Shown piece after piece: positions 11,791 to 20,175 of a stretch of DNA of 39,945 nucleotides. A model generated the notes under the pieces. It was given only the letters and a program-made list of their open reading frames with translations. It was not told the origin of the DNA and did no database searches. Each line of letters starts with the position of its first letter. The stretch's first letter is position 1. Made by a program: the position numbers and the translations under genes. Source of the stretch: Acidobacteriota bacterium. GTDB lineage: Bacteria; Acidobacteriota; Blastocatellia; RBC074. The stretch is taken from contig JBEIMN010000001.1 of the NCBI GenBank assembly GCA_040378705.1, positions 1 to 39,945 on the forward strand, read 5' to 3'.

Positions 11791-13143
11791 ATGAGCAAAT
11801 CGATCTCGCGGCGACAATTTGTGGCGTCGTCAATTGCGTCTGGAGCAGCGCTGACAATGGCGGCACGTTCCGGAGTTTCAGCCCAATCGGCATCGGATAA
11901 GATTGTGATCGCGGTTGCCGGGGTTCGCATGGGCCAGCCTGGTTTCAGTGGACGCGGCCCGGAACTTATTCAGAAGTTTGCCGGTGTTCCAGGAGTTGAA
12001 ATAAAGTATGTAATCGACGTCGACAAGCGTTCGCTCGGTCCGGCGGCGGAGTTTACAGAGAAGAAGACGGGTAAGGCGCCAAAGACGGAGACGGATTTCC
12101 GCCGTGTGCTTGAAGACAAGGACGTCGACGCGTTGCTGGTTGCGACGCCTGACCACTGGCATGCGCCGATGGCCATCCTGGCGGCGAAAGCCGGAAAGCA
12201 CGTCTATGTCGAGAAGCCGTGCAGCCACAACCCGCGCGAGGGAGAGATTCTGGTCGAGGCGGCAGCAAAGTACAAGCGTGTCGTGCAGATGGGGAACCAG
12301 CGACGGTCGATCGGCAATGTGCAGCAGATGATCCAGGAGCTGCACGAGGGAGTGATCGGCAACGTCTTCCTGGCGAACTGCTTCTATTCGCGGCGGCGTC
12401 AGCCGATCGGATTCGGGAAGAAGATTGCGCCACCGGCGGAGCTGGACTGGGATCTCTGGCAGGGTCCGGCGCCGCGGACAGCCTTTCGCGACAACCTTCA
12501 TCCCTACAATTGGCACTGGTTCTGGCAGTGGGGAACGGGCGAGGCGCTCAACAACGGAACGCACCTGCTTGATGTCGCGCGCTGGGGATTGAACGTCAAG
12601 TTGCCGACGAAGGTCAACTCGTTTGGTGGACGCTGGCACGATGTCGGGCTTGACGACTGGGAGGCTCCGGATACACAGGAGATCCAGCTCGAATTCGGCC
12701 CCGGCAAGGGGATCACCTGGTTCGGGCGCTCGACCAGCACTTATGGCGCACCGGGCTACAAGGCAAATGGCATTATCTTCCTTGGCAGCAAGGGAACGCT
12801 CGATTATGACGGGGGCATCAGCTACACGGTCTATGACCTGAACAACAAACCGGTCAAAAAGATAACCTCCGAGCGAAGGACTGATCTGGCCAATAGCGGA
12901 GATCCGGGCCTTGGCGACAATCATGCCGACAACTTCATCGACACGATTCGCGGCAAGGCAAAGCTGAACGCCCCGATCGAAGAGGGCTTCATCAGCACGC
13001 TGCTCGCGCAGCTCGGCAACATCTCGCAGCGAACCGGGCGGACGCTCAAGACCAATCCGGCCAATGGCCACATCATTGGCGATGCGGAAGCGATGAAGCT
13101 CTGGGCGAGGGAGTACGAAAAGGGCTGGGAGCCGAAGGCCTGA
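11791..13143 (+). CDS. Gfo/Idh/MocA-family oxidoreductase with Tat-type signal
   Basis: 450 aa. SRRQFVASSIASGAALTMA twin-arginine-like leader. Rossmann segment ATPDHWHAPMAILAAKAGKHVYVEKP. Confidence 0.8.
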   Translation: MSKSISRRQFVASSIASGAALTMAARSGVSAQSASDKIVIAVAGVRMGQPGFSGRGPELIQKFAGVPGVEIKYVIDVDKRSLGPAAEFTEKKTGKAPKTETDFRRVLEDKDVDALLVATPDHWHAPMAILAAKAGKHVYVEKPCSHNPREGEILVEAAAKYKRVVQMGNQRRSIGNVQQMIQELHEGVIGNVFLANCFYSRRRQPIGFGKKIAPPAELDWDLWQGPAPRTAFRDNLHPYNWHWFWQWGTGEALNNGTHLLDVARWGLNVKLPTKVNSFGGRWHDVGLDDWEAPDTQEIQLEFGPGKGITWFGRSTSTYGAPGYKANGIIFLGSKGTLDYDGGISYTVYDLNNKPVKKITSERRTDLANSGDPGLGDNHADNFIDTIRGKAKLNAPIEEGFISTLLAQLGNISQRTGRTLKTNPANGHIIGDAEAMKLWAREYEKGWEPKA

Positions 13144-13172
13144 CCGACAGGCATTCTGTCAGCTGTTTTCAA

Positions 13173-13209
13173 GGGAGCGCAGAAGCATGTCGACTGCGCT
13201 CCCTTTTTT
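13173..13209 (+). terminator. Rho-independent terminator after the oxidoreductase gene
   Basis: GGGAGCGCA (13173-13181) pairs perfectly with TGCGCTCCC (13195-13203) and is followed by TTTTTT (13204-13209). Confidence 0.8.
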
Positions 13210-13249
13210 GTCTCTTCCAGATCAACGATTATTCGGAAAGAAAAGAGCC

Positions 13250-14140
13250 ATGTCACGAATTGTCAGAATAGCGTCTTTCGTCGTTCTGCCGCTATTGCTA
13301 CTTACGCTGTCGACGAACGTCTATGGGCAGCGGGTGCGGCATGTGATCGTCATTGGAGTTGACGGCATGGGCGCGGAGGGTGTCTTACGGGTCGATCCGC
13401 CGAACCTGCGACGACTGCGGGAGCGTGGAGCCTGGACATTGAAGGCGCGCGGCATAATTCCAACCGTCAGTGCCCCGAACTGGTCGTCGATGATCATGGG
13501 CGCCAGTCCGGCTCAGCACGGTGTAACATCGAATGAATGGCGGGTAGACAAATTCGAGATCGCTCCAATCTGCAGGGACAGCAGCGGATTCTTTCCGACA
13601 ATCTTCAGCCTGCTCCGCGGGCAGCGTCCGAAATCCGTCATTGGGGTTTTCCATCACTGGGAGGGTTTTGGCCATCTGTTTGACCGGAAAGCAGCCGATG
13701 TGGTCATCAACCCGGCCACTCAGGCAGAGACGATGGAGAAGGCAGGACATTTCCTGGTCGAGAAGAAGCCGACGCTGACCTTCATTCACCTCGACGATGT
13801 CGATCATGCCGGCCATGGGAACGGCTGGCTCTCCACACAATATGACGCCGCGATCCGCGAAGCCGACCGGCTGATTGGTGAATTGATCACGCGACTCGGG
13901 ACGGCGGGAATGCTTGACCAGACAGTCATCCTTGTCACGGCCGACCATGGCGGCAAGGGGACGGAGCACGGCGGCCTGCGAATGAGTGATCTCGAGATTC
14001 CGTGGATTATTGCCGGTCCGGGAATTGTCCGCGGCGAGATTCAAACGCCGGTCAATACCTATGACACAGCGGTGACGCTCGCCTCGCTCCTTGGCCTCGA
14101 GCCGCCCCCCTGCTGGATCGGGAGACCGGTGGCGAGATAG
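13250..14140 (+). CDS. Secreted type I phosphodiesterase / nucleotide pyrophosphatase (alkaline-phosphatase superfamily, NPP-like)
   Basis: VIVIGVDGMG, IPTVSAPNWSSMIMG (nucleophile region), HLDDVDHAGHGNGW and VTADHGG. Start set at the ATG at 13250 (MSRIVRIASFVVLPLLLL signal peptide), because the track start at 13187 lies inside the upstream terminator loop. Confidence 0.8.
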   Translation: MSRIVRIASFVVLPLLLLTLSTNVYGQRVRHVIVIGVDGMGAEGVLRVDPPNLRRLRERGAWTLKARGIIPTVSAPNWSSMIMGASPAQHGVTSNEWRVDKFEIAPICRDSSGFFPTIFSLLRGQRPKSVIGVFHHWEGFGHLFDRKAADVVINPATQAETMEKAGHFLVEKKPTLTFIHLDDVDHAGHGNGWLSTQYDAAIREADRLIGELITRLGTAGMLDQTVILVTADHGGKGTEHGGLRMSDLEIPWIIAGPGIVRGEIQTPVNTYDTAVTLASLLGLEPPPCWIGRPVAR

Positions 14141-14157
14141 GCCAGGCTGTCAGATCA

Positions 14158-14228
14158 GAAAAATGCCAGCGAGCTGAAAGAGCGTGTTATGCAACAGGCG
14201 ATCTTTCAGCACGCTGGCATTCAATTTT
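14158..14228. terminator. Bidirectional terminator between convergent genes
   Basis: AATGCCAGCG (14162-14171) plus CTGAAAG (14174-14180) pair with CTTTCAG (14203-14209) plus CGCTGGCATT (14212-14221). Flanked by AAAAA upstream and CAATTTT downstream. Confidence 0.65.
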
Positions 14229-14240
14229 GCGGCCCCCAGC

Positions 14241-15542
14241 CTAAACCGAGAGTTTCCACGGGGCCCGATACTTCGCCTTGAGCATCGGCTTGACGTTCTC
14301 CTGCTTAACGGTCCAGTTCTTCTCATCCCAGTCAAGCATGGTCCTGCTCCGGAGGGAGAGATTGGCCAGAATGCACGCGGTGGAAGATCTGACGCAGGTC
14401 TCGATGTCGCTGGTCGGTTTTTCACGCGACTGTATGCAGTCGATGAAATTCTTCCAGTGTGGTTCGTTCATCGTGTTCATCTCTTTGTCATTCTCGAAAG
14501 TGAGCGGCTGCACCGTCGACTTTGCGTTGGGGATGAGCCAGCAACCACCTCGGCGAACGACCAGCGTCGCCTCAGTTCCGTGGATCGAGGTGGCTGCGCC
14601 CTGCCCAAACTGCGGCATCGGGTTGGCAGTCCGGCTCTCGTAGGTCAGCAGGAACTTTGGATAGTGGAAAGTCGCCATGAGGCTGTCCGGCGTATCGGTA
14701 TTATCATCGACAAAGAGTTTGCCGCCCATGGCCGAGACCGCCGTCGGCATCGGCTCGCCGAAGCACTGATGGACAGGATCGATGAGGTGGACGCCCCAGT
14801 CTGTCATCGCGCCGCCAGCATAGTCCCAGAAATAACGAAATGTCGGGAAGGTCGTCACTCCGACTCCCCACCGGTTGAGGTTGAATGGAACCCTGGGCGC
14901 CGGGCCAAGCCAGAGATCCCAGTCGAGGCCTTCCGGAACCGGACCATCTGCCGGCTTTCCCCAGCCAGCCTTCTTCACCGCACCGGTCTGCCAGGTGTGG
15001 ACGAAGGTAACCTCGCCAAGCACTCCACTCTTGACGATCTCGGCGGCCTTCTTGAAGTATCCGCCGGAACGCTGCATTGTGCCGGCCTGGACGACACGCT
15101 TGTACTTCCGCGCCGCCTCGACCATCAACTTCCCTTCCTCGACATAGACTGAAGCCGGCTTCTCGACAAAGACGTCCTTGCCGGCCTTGCAGGCCTCGAT
15201 CGTCATGTAAGCGTGCCAATGATCAGGGGTCGAGATGCAGACGGCATCGATCGATTTGTCGGCGAGAACCTCGCGGAAATCATGAACCGGCTTGACCGTA
15301 ACTCCACCCTTGGCGGCGCTGGCAACCGCTCTTTCAAGGTGTGGCTTGTAGACATCGCAGACAGTGACCGGCTGTATCAGCTCGGAAAACTGCATGGCGT
15401 GGCGCAGATTGCTCGATCCCATCGCGCCAAGCCCGATGTGGGCAACAGCAATTCGCGCATTGGCACCCTTGACCCGGCCGGTGAAGATAGAGGTCGTCAA
15501 CGCCGCCGCCGCGCCCTTCAAGACATTCCTTCTGTCGATCAT
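14241..15542 (-). CDS. Gfo/Idh/MocA-family oxidoreductase with Tat-type signal (paralogue of 11791-13143)
   Basis: From the ATG at 15542: MIDRRNVLKGAAAALTTSIF. Also STPDHWHAYMTIEACKAGKDVFVEKP. The 38-codon upstream extension in the track has no signal-peptide logic. Confidence 0.8.
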   Translation of the reverse strand: MIDRRNVLKGAAAALTTSIFTGRVKGANARIAVAHIGLGAMGSSNLRHAMQFSELIQPVTVCDVYKPHLERAVASAAKGGVTVKPVHDFREVLADKSIDAVCISTPDHWHAYMTIEACKAGKDVFVEKPASVYVEEGKLMVEAARKYKRVVQAGTMQRSGGYFKKAAEIVKSGVLGEVTFVHTWQTGAVKKAGWGKPADGPVPEGLDWDLWLGPAPRVPFNLNRWGVGVTTFPTFRYFWDYAGGAMTDWGVHLIDPVHQCFGEPMPTAVSAMGGKLFVDDNTDTPDSLMATFHYPKFLLTYESRTANPMPQFGQGAATSIHGTEATLVVRRGGCWLIPNAKSTVQPLTFENDKEMNTMNEPHWKNFIDCIQSREKPTSDIETCVRSSTACILANLSLRSRTMLDWDEKNWTVKQENVKPMLKAKYRAPWKLSV

Positions 15543-15672
15543 GTTTTTGTCCTCAGTTAGATTTATTTGATCACTGAAAAGTGAGACCGGTTCGGATCCC
15601 GGGTTCATTCCGCTCTGGATGGTTGCGATATTATTGCGACTTGGTAAGAGTTTCAACCATTCTCGCCCTTTT

Positions 15673-15695
15673 GCCAGAAGATGCCCGAAGATGCC
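15673..15695. repeat. 10-bp tandem repeat, about 2.3 copies
   Basis: GCCAGAAGAT GCCCGAAGAT GCC, in the divergent intergenic region between the oxidoreductase and the TonB-dependent receptor. Confidence 0.8.
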
Positions 15696-15912
15696 AATAG
15701 TTTATTGACTGGTTCAGGCAATTTGTCTTTGTCAGAGTCGGCCCCGGAACCGCCATTTAAATCAAGGCAATAAATTGACCGTTCGCCGAACCGATTCGAC
15801 CATTCGTGGAATAATCGTTGGTTGAAGAGGATAGTGAAGCGTAGACTGCGACTTATCCTGTCAGGACAGTTCAAACTGGGAATCATAGTACGATCGAAGA
15901 GGGAGGCAGTCA

Positions 15913-18156
15913 GTGAAAGCAGTTCAGCGTCTTTTTATAATGGCAATTATGGCGACCGTTATGGCGGTTATGATTATCGGGAGTGTCGGGGTTTACGCAC
16001 AGTCGTCAACCGGCCAGGTCAAAACCAGTGAGGTGCACGGGCGTGTCCGGCTGGCCGGCAATGGTGATCCGGTACATAACGTGAAGGTGACGATCATCCA
16101 GCTTCAGATCTCGACGGAGACTGAGAAGGATGGCACCTATGTTTTCAGAAATGTGCCGAGCGGGAAATATGACATCTCGGCAATGCTCGAGCGGTTACCG
16201 GACATTTTGCAGAAGGTTGAGGTGACGGCAGGCGGGACAGCGACGGCTGATTTCGAGGTCAGACTGGAGACGCTGCGCGAGCAGGTGACGGTGACGGCGA
16301 CGGGGCGTGAAGAGACAACGCTCAATTCGATTGCCTCTGTAACGGTGATCGGATCACTCGACCTGGCGCGAAAGAACTCGATCAGTCTGGGTGAGGCACT
16401 CGATCACGAGCTTGGTGTGGCGAAGCGGAGTTTCGGCCCGGGAAACTCACGACCGGTGGTTCGTGGATTCGATGGAGACCGCGTTCTAGTGCTGCAGGAG
16501 GGGATCGGCATTGGCGGACTTGGCTTCCAGTCTGGTGATCACGCCGAGCCGCTCGACCTTCTGTCGCAGGATCGGGTCGAGGTAGTTAAGGGGCCGGCGA
16601 CCCTGCTCTACGGCAGCAACGCGATTGGTGGCGTCGTCAATGCGATCAGCGGGCACGAAGAGGCTCACACCGGCACGCGCGGCTACCTGACAGGTATCGG
16701 CGGCTCGACCAATGACCAGGCAGGTGGAAGTGGCGGGATCGAGCTCGGAACGAAGAACTGGCTCTTTTGGGCCAATGGTGGGGGGCAGCGCACCGGAGAC
16801 TATCGAACACCACTCGGAAAGATCACCAATTCATTCGTCAGATCGGGAAATGGTTCGGGCGGAATCGGATATTTTGGTGGCAAGGGATTTCTGAGCCTCA
16901 ACTATACCTATGACAGTCGAAACTATGGGATTCCAACCGAGCCCGAAGGCCCAGAAACTCCAGCGGAAATTGAGGGTGAGGAGCATGAGATGGTCCGGCT
17001 CAACCCACGCCGAAGCAGCGTTCAGGTACGCGGAGGTTTTCGCGACCTGTCGTCAGGTGCGCTCAGCAGTGCCAATTTCACGCTCCAATACAACGCTTAC
17101 AGGCATGCCGAGATCGATATCGCGACGCAGGAGATCGGAACGCAGTTCAATAACCGGTCATTTCTCTACCGCGCAGTCTTCGAGCAGAAGCGGGCAGGTC
17201 ACCTGAAGGGTAGTTTCGGAATTTCAGGCCTCAACAGGGACTTCAAATCGACTGGAGCTGAGGCACTGGCACCCCCGACAAGCCACCGCAATTTTGCCGC
17301 TTTCGGACTTGAGACACTCGACTTCGATCGATTCGCGCTCCAGTTTGGCGGGCGCGTTGAACGCAATGGCTATAATCCAACCGGACTCCGTGACCGTTCA
17401 TTCACGGGAGCATCCGGTTCAGCCGGCATCCGCGTCGGGTTGAGCAGCAACAACGTCTTTGTCGCCAACTACACTCACAGCTACCGCGCCCCGTCGCTCG
17501 AAGAGCTCTACAACAACGGGCCGCACGCCGGCAATCTTACCTTTGAAGTCGGCAATGACGGACTGCGGCGTGAACGAGCCGACGGCATCGATCTTTCACT
17601 TCGCCACAGTTCGGGACGCCTGCGGGTTGAGACGAACTACTTCTATTACAAAATGCAGGATTTCGTCTACCTCGCGCCAACTGGTGAGATCGAGGATGGG
17701 CTGGTCAAGGCCGCCTATGCGCAGGGCAGCAGCCGTTTCACCGGCTTCGAAGGGAGACTCGACTTTAGTTTCAGTTCGAATTTGTGGCTGCTTTCGAGCG
17801 TCGACTATGTCAGTGCTGAACTGACCCAAAGCGGTGAGGCACTTCCGCGTATTCCACCGCTCCGGGCTCGAGTCGGATTTGAGGCTTTCGTCGGCCGCTT
17901 TCGCTTCAATCCCGAGTTGATAATGGCCCAGGATCAGGCGCGAACCTTTTCGACGGAGACACGAACGGCCGGATATGCGACTGCCAACTTGAATGTCTCA
18001 TACACCATTGCTGGAAAGCACGTCGCCCACGTCATCTCTGCCAACGCCTTTAACCTGAACAATAAACTTTATCGCAACCACCTCTCGTTCATTAAGCAGT
18101 TTGCGCCGGAGATCGGGCGCGGAGTGCGAGTAGTCTACACGCTCAGATTCTACTAG
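15913..18156 (+). CDS. TonB-dependent receptor with N-terminal CarboxypepD_reg-like domain
   Basis: 747 aa. GTG start with GGGAGG 7 nt upstream. Signal peptide, then a carboxypeptidase-regulatory-like fold (DGTYVFRNVPSGKYDISA), a plug-like segment (VTVIGSLDL...PVVRGFDGDRVLVLQEGI) and a beta-barrel ending in aromatic YTLRFY. Confidence 0.85.
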   Translation: MKAVQRLFIMAIMATVMAVMIIGSVGVYAQSSTGQVKTSEVHGRVRLAGNGDPVHNVKVTIIQLQISTETEKDGTYVFRNVPSGKYDISAMLERLPDILQKVEVTAGGTATADFEVRLETLREQVTVTATGREETTLNSIASVTVIGSLDLARKNSISLGEALDHELGVAKRSFGPGNSRPVVRGFDGDRVLVLQEGIGIGGLGFQSGDHAEPLDLLSQDRVEVVKGPATLLYGSNAIGGVVNAISGHEEAHTGTRGYLTGIGGSTNDQAGGSGGIELGTKNWLFWANGGGQRTGDYRTPLGKITNSFVRSGNGSGGIGYFGGKGFLSLNYTYDSRNYGIPTEPEGPETPAEIEGEEHEMVRLNPRRSSVQVRGGFRDLSSGALSSANFTLQYNAYRHAEIDIATQEIGTQFNNRSFLYRAVFEQKRAGHLKGSFGISGLNRDFKSTGAEALAPPTSHRNFAAFGLETLDFDRFALQFGGRVERNGYNPTGLRDRSFTGASGSAGIRVGLSSNNVFVANYTHSYRAPSLEELYNNGPHAGNLTFEVGNDGLRRERADGIDLSLRHSSGRLRVETNYFYYKMQDFVYLAPTGEIEDGLVKAAYAQGSSRFTGFEGRLDFSFSSNLWLLSSVDYVSAELTQSGEALPRIPPLRARVGFEAFVGRFRFNPELIMAQDQARTFSTETRTAGYATANLNVSYTIAGKHVAHVISANAFNLNNKLYRNHLSFIKQFAPEIGRGVRVVYTLRFY

Positions 18157-18190
18157 GCGACGTCGGAACAATCGGCCATTGCCGCGACAG

Positions 18191-18243
18191 GCCGGCAAAC
18201 TTCGTGATTCGATACCGAAGCATGGAGTTTGCCGGCATTTTTT
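18191..18243 (+). terminator. Rho-independent terminator after the TonB-dependent receptor
   Basis: GCCGGCAAACT (18191-18201) pairs with AGTTTGCCGGC (18226-18236). An inner CTTCG/CGAAG helix is present, followed by A-TTTTTT (18237-18243). Confidence 0.75.
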
Positions 18244-18428
18244 ATGTTCTGACCATATCGTCGACGGAAAATGGCGCCAGCCGTGGTGGCCGGTCGCTAC
18301 TTGATCCGGTGTGTGATCATGCGTATGCTTCTGATGACCGATCGAAGCGCATTCTATTCAATACAACCGTGGCCAAAACTACAATGGCAATTATCGCAGT
18401 GAGCAAGCTGCTGAAGTGAGAATCAGTT

Positions 18429-18857
18429 ATGAGTTACACTAATGGCAACAATGGTAATGGGAATGGTAATGGTAATGGAAAGAAACCACCGGTGCGCAAT
18501 GTGCTTGGTGGTGAATTGAAGAGCTGTTCGATGAAGCCGCTGACAGGTTTCTATCGTAACGGCAAGTGTGACACTGGTTTTCAGGACACCGGGGTCCACA
18601 CAGTCTGTGCAAAGGTGACGAAGGAGTTTCTGGAGTTCAGCGTCGCACAGGGGAACGATCTGGTGACGCCGATGCCCGCCTTCAATTTTTCCGGGCTCAA
18701 GCCGGGTGACTGCTGGTGTCTCTGCGCCGCGCGGTGGAAAGAGGCTTATGATGCCGGGTCGGCCCCACTGGTCCGCCTCGAGGCGACTCACGAAGGGACT
18801 CTTCGCTATGCGAGTCTCGCCGAGTTGAAGGAGCATGCTCTCGATGAAACCGAATAA
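18429..18857 (+). CDS. DUF2237-family protein (function unknown) with an N-terminal Asn-Gly repeat
   Basis: 142 aa. NVLGGELKSCSMKPLTGFYRNGKCDTGFQDTGVHTVCA...GDCWCLCAARW matches my recollection of the conserved Cys-rich DUF2237 core. Confidence 0.7.
   Translation: MSYTNGNNGNGNGNGNGKKPPVRNVLGGELKSCSMKPLTGFYRNGKCDTGFQDTGVHTVCAKVTKEFLEFSVAQGNDLVTPMPAFNFSGLKPGDCWCLCAARWKEAYDAGSAPLVRLEATHEGTLRYASLAELKEHALDETE
18441..18479 (+). repeat. Imperfect hexanucleotide (AATGGN) tandem repeat encoding (Asn-Gly)n
   Basis: aatggc aac aatggt aatggg aatggt aatggt aatgga, in frame in codons 5-17 of the DUF2237 gene. Confidence 0.9.
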
Positions 18858-20154
18858 TCGATCTGATTCGCGGACGCGAAAGCTTTTCACCTTAGTTTCA
18901 GGCGGGCTGTCACGACGGCTGGCGATTGCCGTGATGGTGATGGGATTGCTGTCTGGCTTTTCAGTCGCCGCGCAGGGGCAACAGGATCTGGTCGGCGTCT
19001 ATCTGACCTGGAAGAGTGATCCGACGACGACAATGACCGTCAACTGGGTCGACCTCTTCGAAGGGAGCAGCAACACGCTCTGGTATCGAAAGATTGGAAC
19101 GACCGAGTGGGTCTCTTCAGAAGCGGCACACACGAGGGCTGGTGTGTCGACGCTCCAGGTTCGTCGGACCGAGTTGACCGGACTTACCCCGGATACGTCA
19201 TATGAGTTTGGCATCGGACGACAACCGGCAAAGGAGACCGATGGCTGGCGCTTTCGAACCATGCCGGCAAAGCTGACACGACCGGTACGTTTTGTCTCTG
19301 GTGGAGACATGATGCACACCCGTGAGATGGTCGACGTCATGAACAAGCGTGCGGGGGCGCTCGATCCGGACTTTGCGATGATTGGGGGCGATCTCGCCTA
19401 CGCCAATGGAGTTGCCGCCACGCGCTGGGTCGACTGGCTTCAGTCGTGGATGAAGAACAGCGTCGGACGTGATCGGCGGATCATCCCGCTGGTAATTGGA
19501 ATCGGCAATCACGAGGTCAAAGGCGGGTACAACGGGAAAATTCCGGATGATGCACCATTCTTTTACAGCCTATTCGACACTCCGGACGGCAAATCGAGCT
19601 ATGCCCTCGATTTCGGAAAGTATCTGTCGGTGATCGCGCTCGATTCGGGTCATACGCAGCAGATCGCCGGGGCGCAGGCAGACTGGCTTGGCCAGGCGCT
19701 CGCGAGGCGGGATGGGCAGCAGTTCCTCTTTGCCTTCTATCATTACCCGGCTTATGGAACGACCAAGGCACCGAAGGGTGGAATGCCATACGATGCAAAG
19801 CAGTCGGTCGCGATCCGCGGGAATTGGATTCCGCATTTCGAAAAGTATGGAGTGACCGCACTCTTCGAGAACGATCACCACAACTATAAGCGAACGCACC
19901 GCCTGCGAAACCACAAGCGGGACGATGAGAACGGGCTGCTCTTCCTCGGCGATGGAGCCTGGGGGGTCATACCACGCGAGGTGCCATCGCCTGAAGTCGG
20001 GTGGTGGCTCGCAAAAGCGGAGCCTCGCAACCACCTTTTTCACGTCGAGCTGCGTGAGAATGGAACAGCGTCGATCGATGCGGTCGATGTCGGTGGAGCC
20101 GTCTTTGACCACCTTGATCTGACCCGACCGCGGACCACTCCGGTTGGAAAATAG
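18835..20154 (+). CDS. Secreted metallophosphoesterase, purple-acid-phosphatase-like
   Basis: 439 aa. Signal peptide (LAIAVMVMGLLSGFSVAAQG) and a PAP-type N-terminal beta domain (YLTWKSDPTTTMTVNW...LTPDTSYEF). Calcineurin-like motifs GGDMMH, GGDLAYANG, GNHEV, FYHYPAYG and ENDHHNYKRT. The start (18835 or 18844) overlaps the DUF2237 stop. Confidence 0.8.
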   Translation: MLSMKPNNRSDSRTRKLFTLVSGGLSRRLAIAVMVMGLLSGFSVAAQGQQDLVGVYLTWKSDPTTTMTVNWVDLFEGSSNTLWYRKIGTTEWVSSEAAHTRAGVSTLQVRRTELTGLTPDTSYEFGIGRQPAKETDGWRFRTMPAKLTRPVRFVSGGDMMHTREMVDVMNKRAGALDPDFAMIGGDLAYANGVAATRWVDWLQSWMKNSVGRDRRIIPLVIGIGNHEVKGGYNGKIPDDAPFFYSLFDTPDGKSSYALDFGKYLSVIALDSGHTQQIAGAQADWLGQALARRDGQQFLFAFYHYPAYGTTKAPKGGMPYDAKQSVAIRGNWIPHFEKYGVTALFENDHHNYKRTHRLRNHKRDDENGLLFLGDGAWGVIPREVPSPEVGWWLAKAEPRNHLFHVELRENGTASIDAVDVGGAVFDHLDLTRPRTTPVGK

Positions 20155-20175
20155 CAGCCCTGGACAACTGAAGAG

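Noticed and set aside
11878-13071. Long antisense ORFs inside recognised genes. Examples: 397 aa at 11878-13071 (-), 322 aa at 14184-15152 (+), 303 aa at 29514-30425 (+), 250 aa at 1332-2084 (-), 224 aa at 5249-5923 (-), 229 aa at 19570-20259 (-), 233 aa at 7124-7825 (+).
   Set aside because: Each lies entirely opposite a gene with clear family motifs. Their translations are Arg/Pro/Ser/Gly-rich low-complexity sequence with no motifs. This is the usual stop-codon-poor antisense frame of GC-rich DNA.
15657-15912. Possible riboswitch (cobalamin or TPP) upstream of the TonB-dependent receptor.
   Set aside because: I could not find the B12 box (GCCACTG-like) or the TPP CUGAGA / ACCUGAUCUGGAUAAUGCCAGCG core. 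Only short 5-bp hairpins are present. cmscan would be the decisive test.
18204-18419. 71-aa plus-strand ORF between the TonB-dependent receptor terminator and the DUF2237 gene.
   Set aside because: It starts inside the terminator hairpin (GTG), has no SD and shows no motifs. The region is more likely the promoter/5' UTR of the DUF2237 operon.
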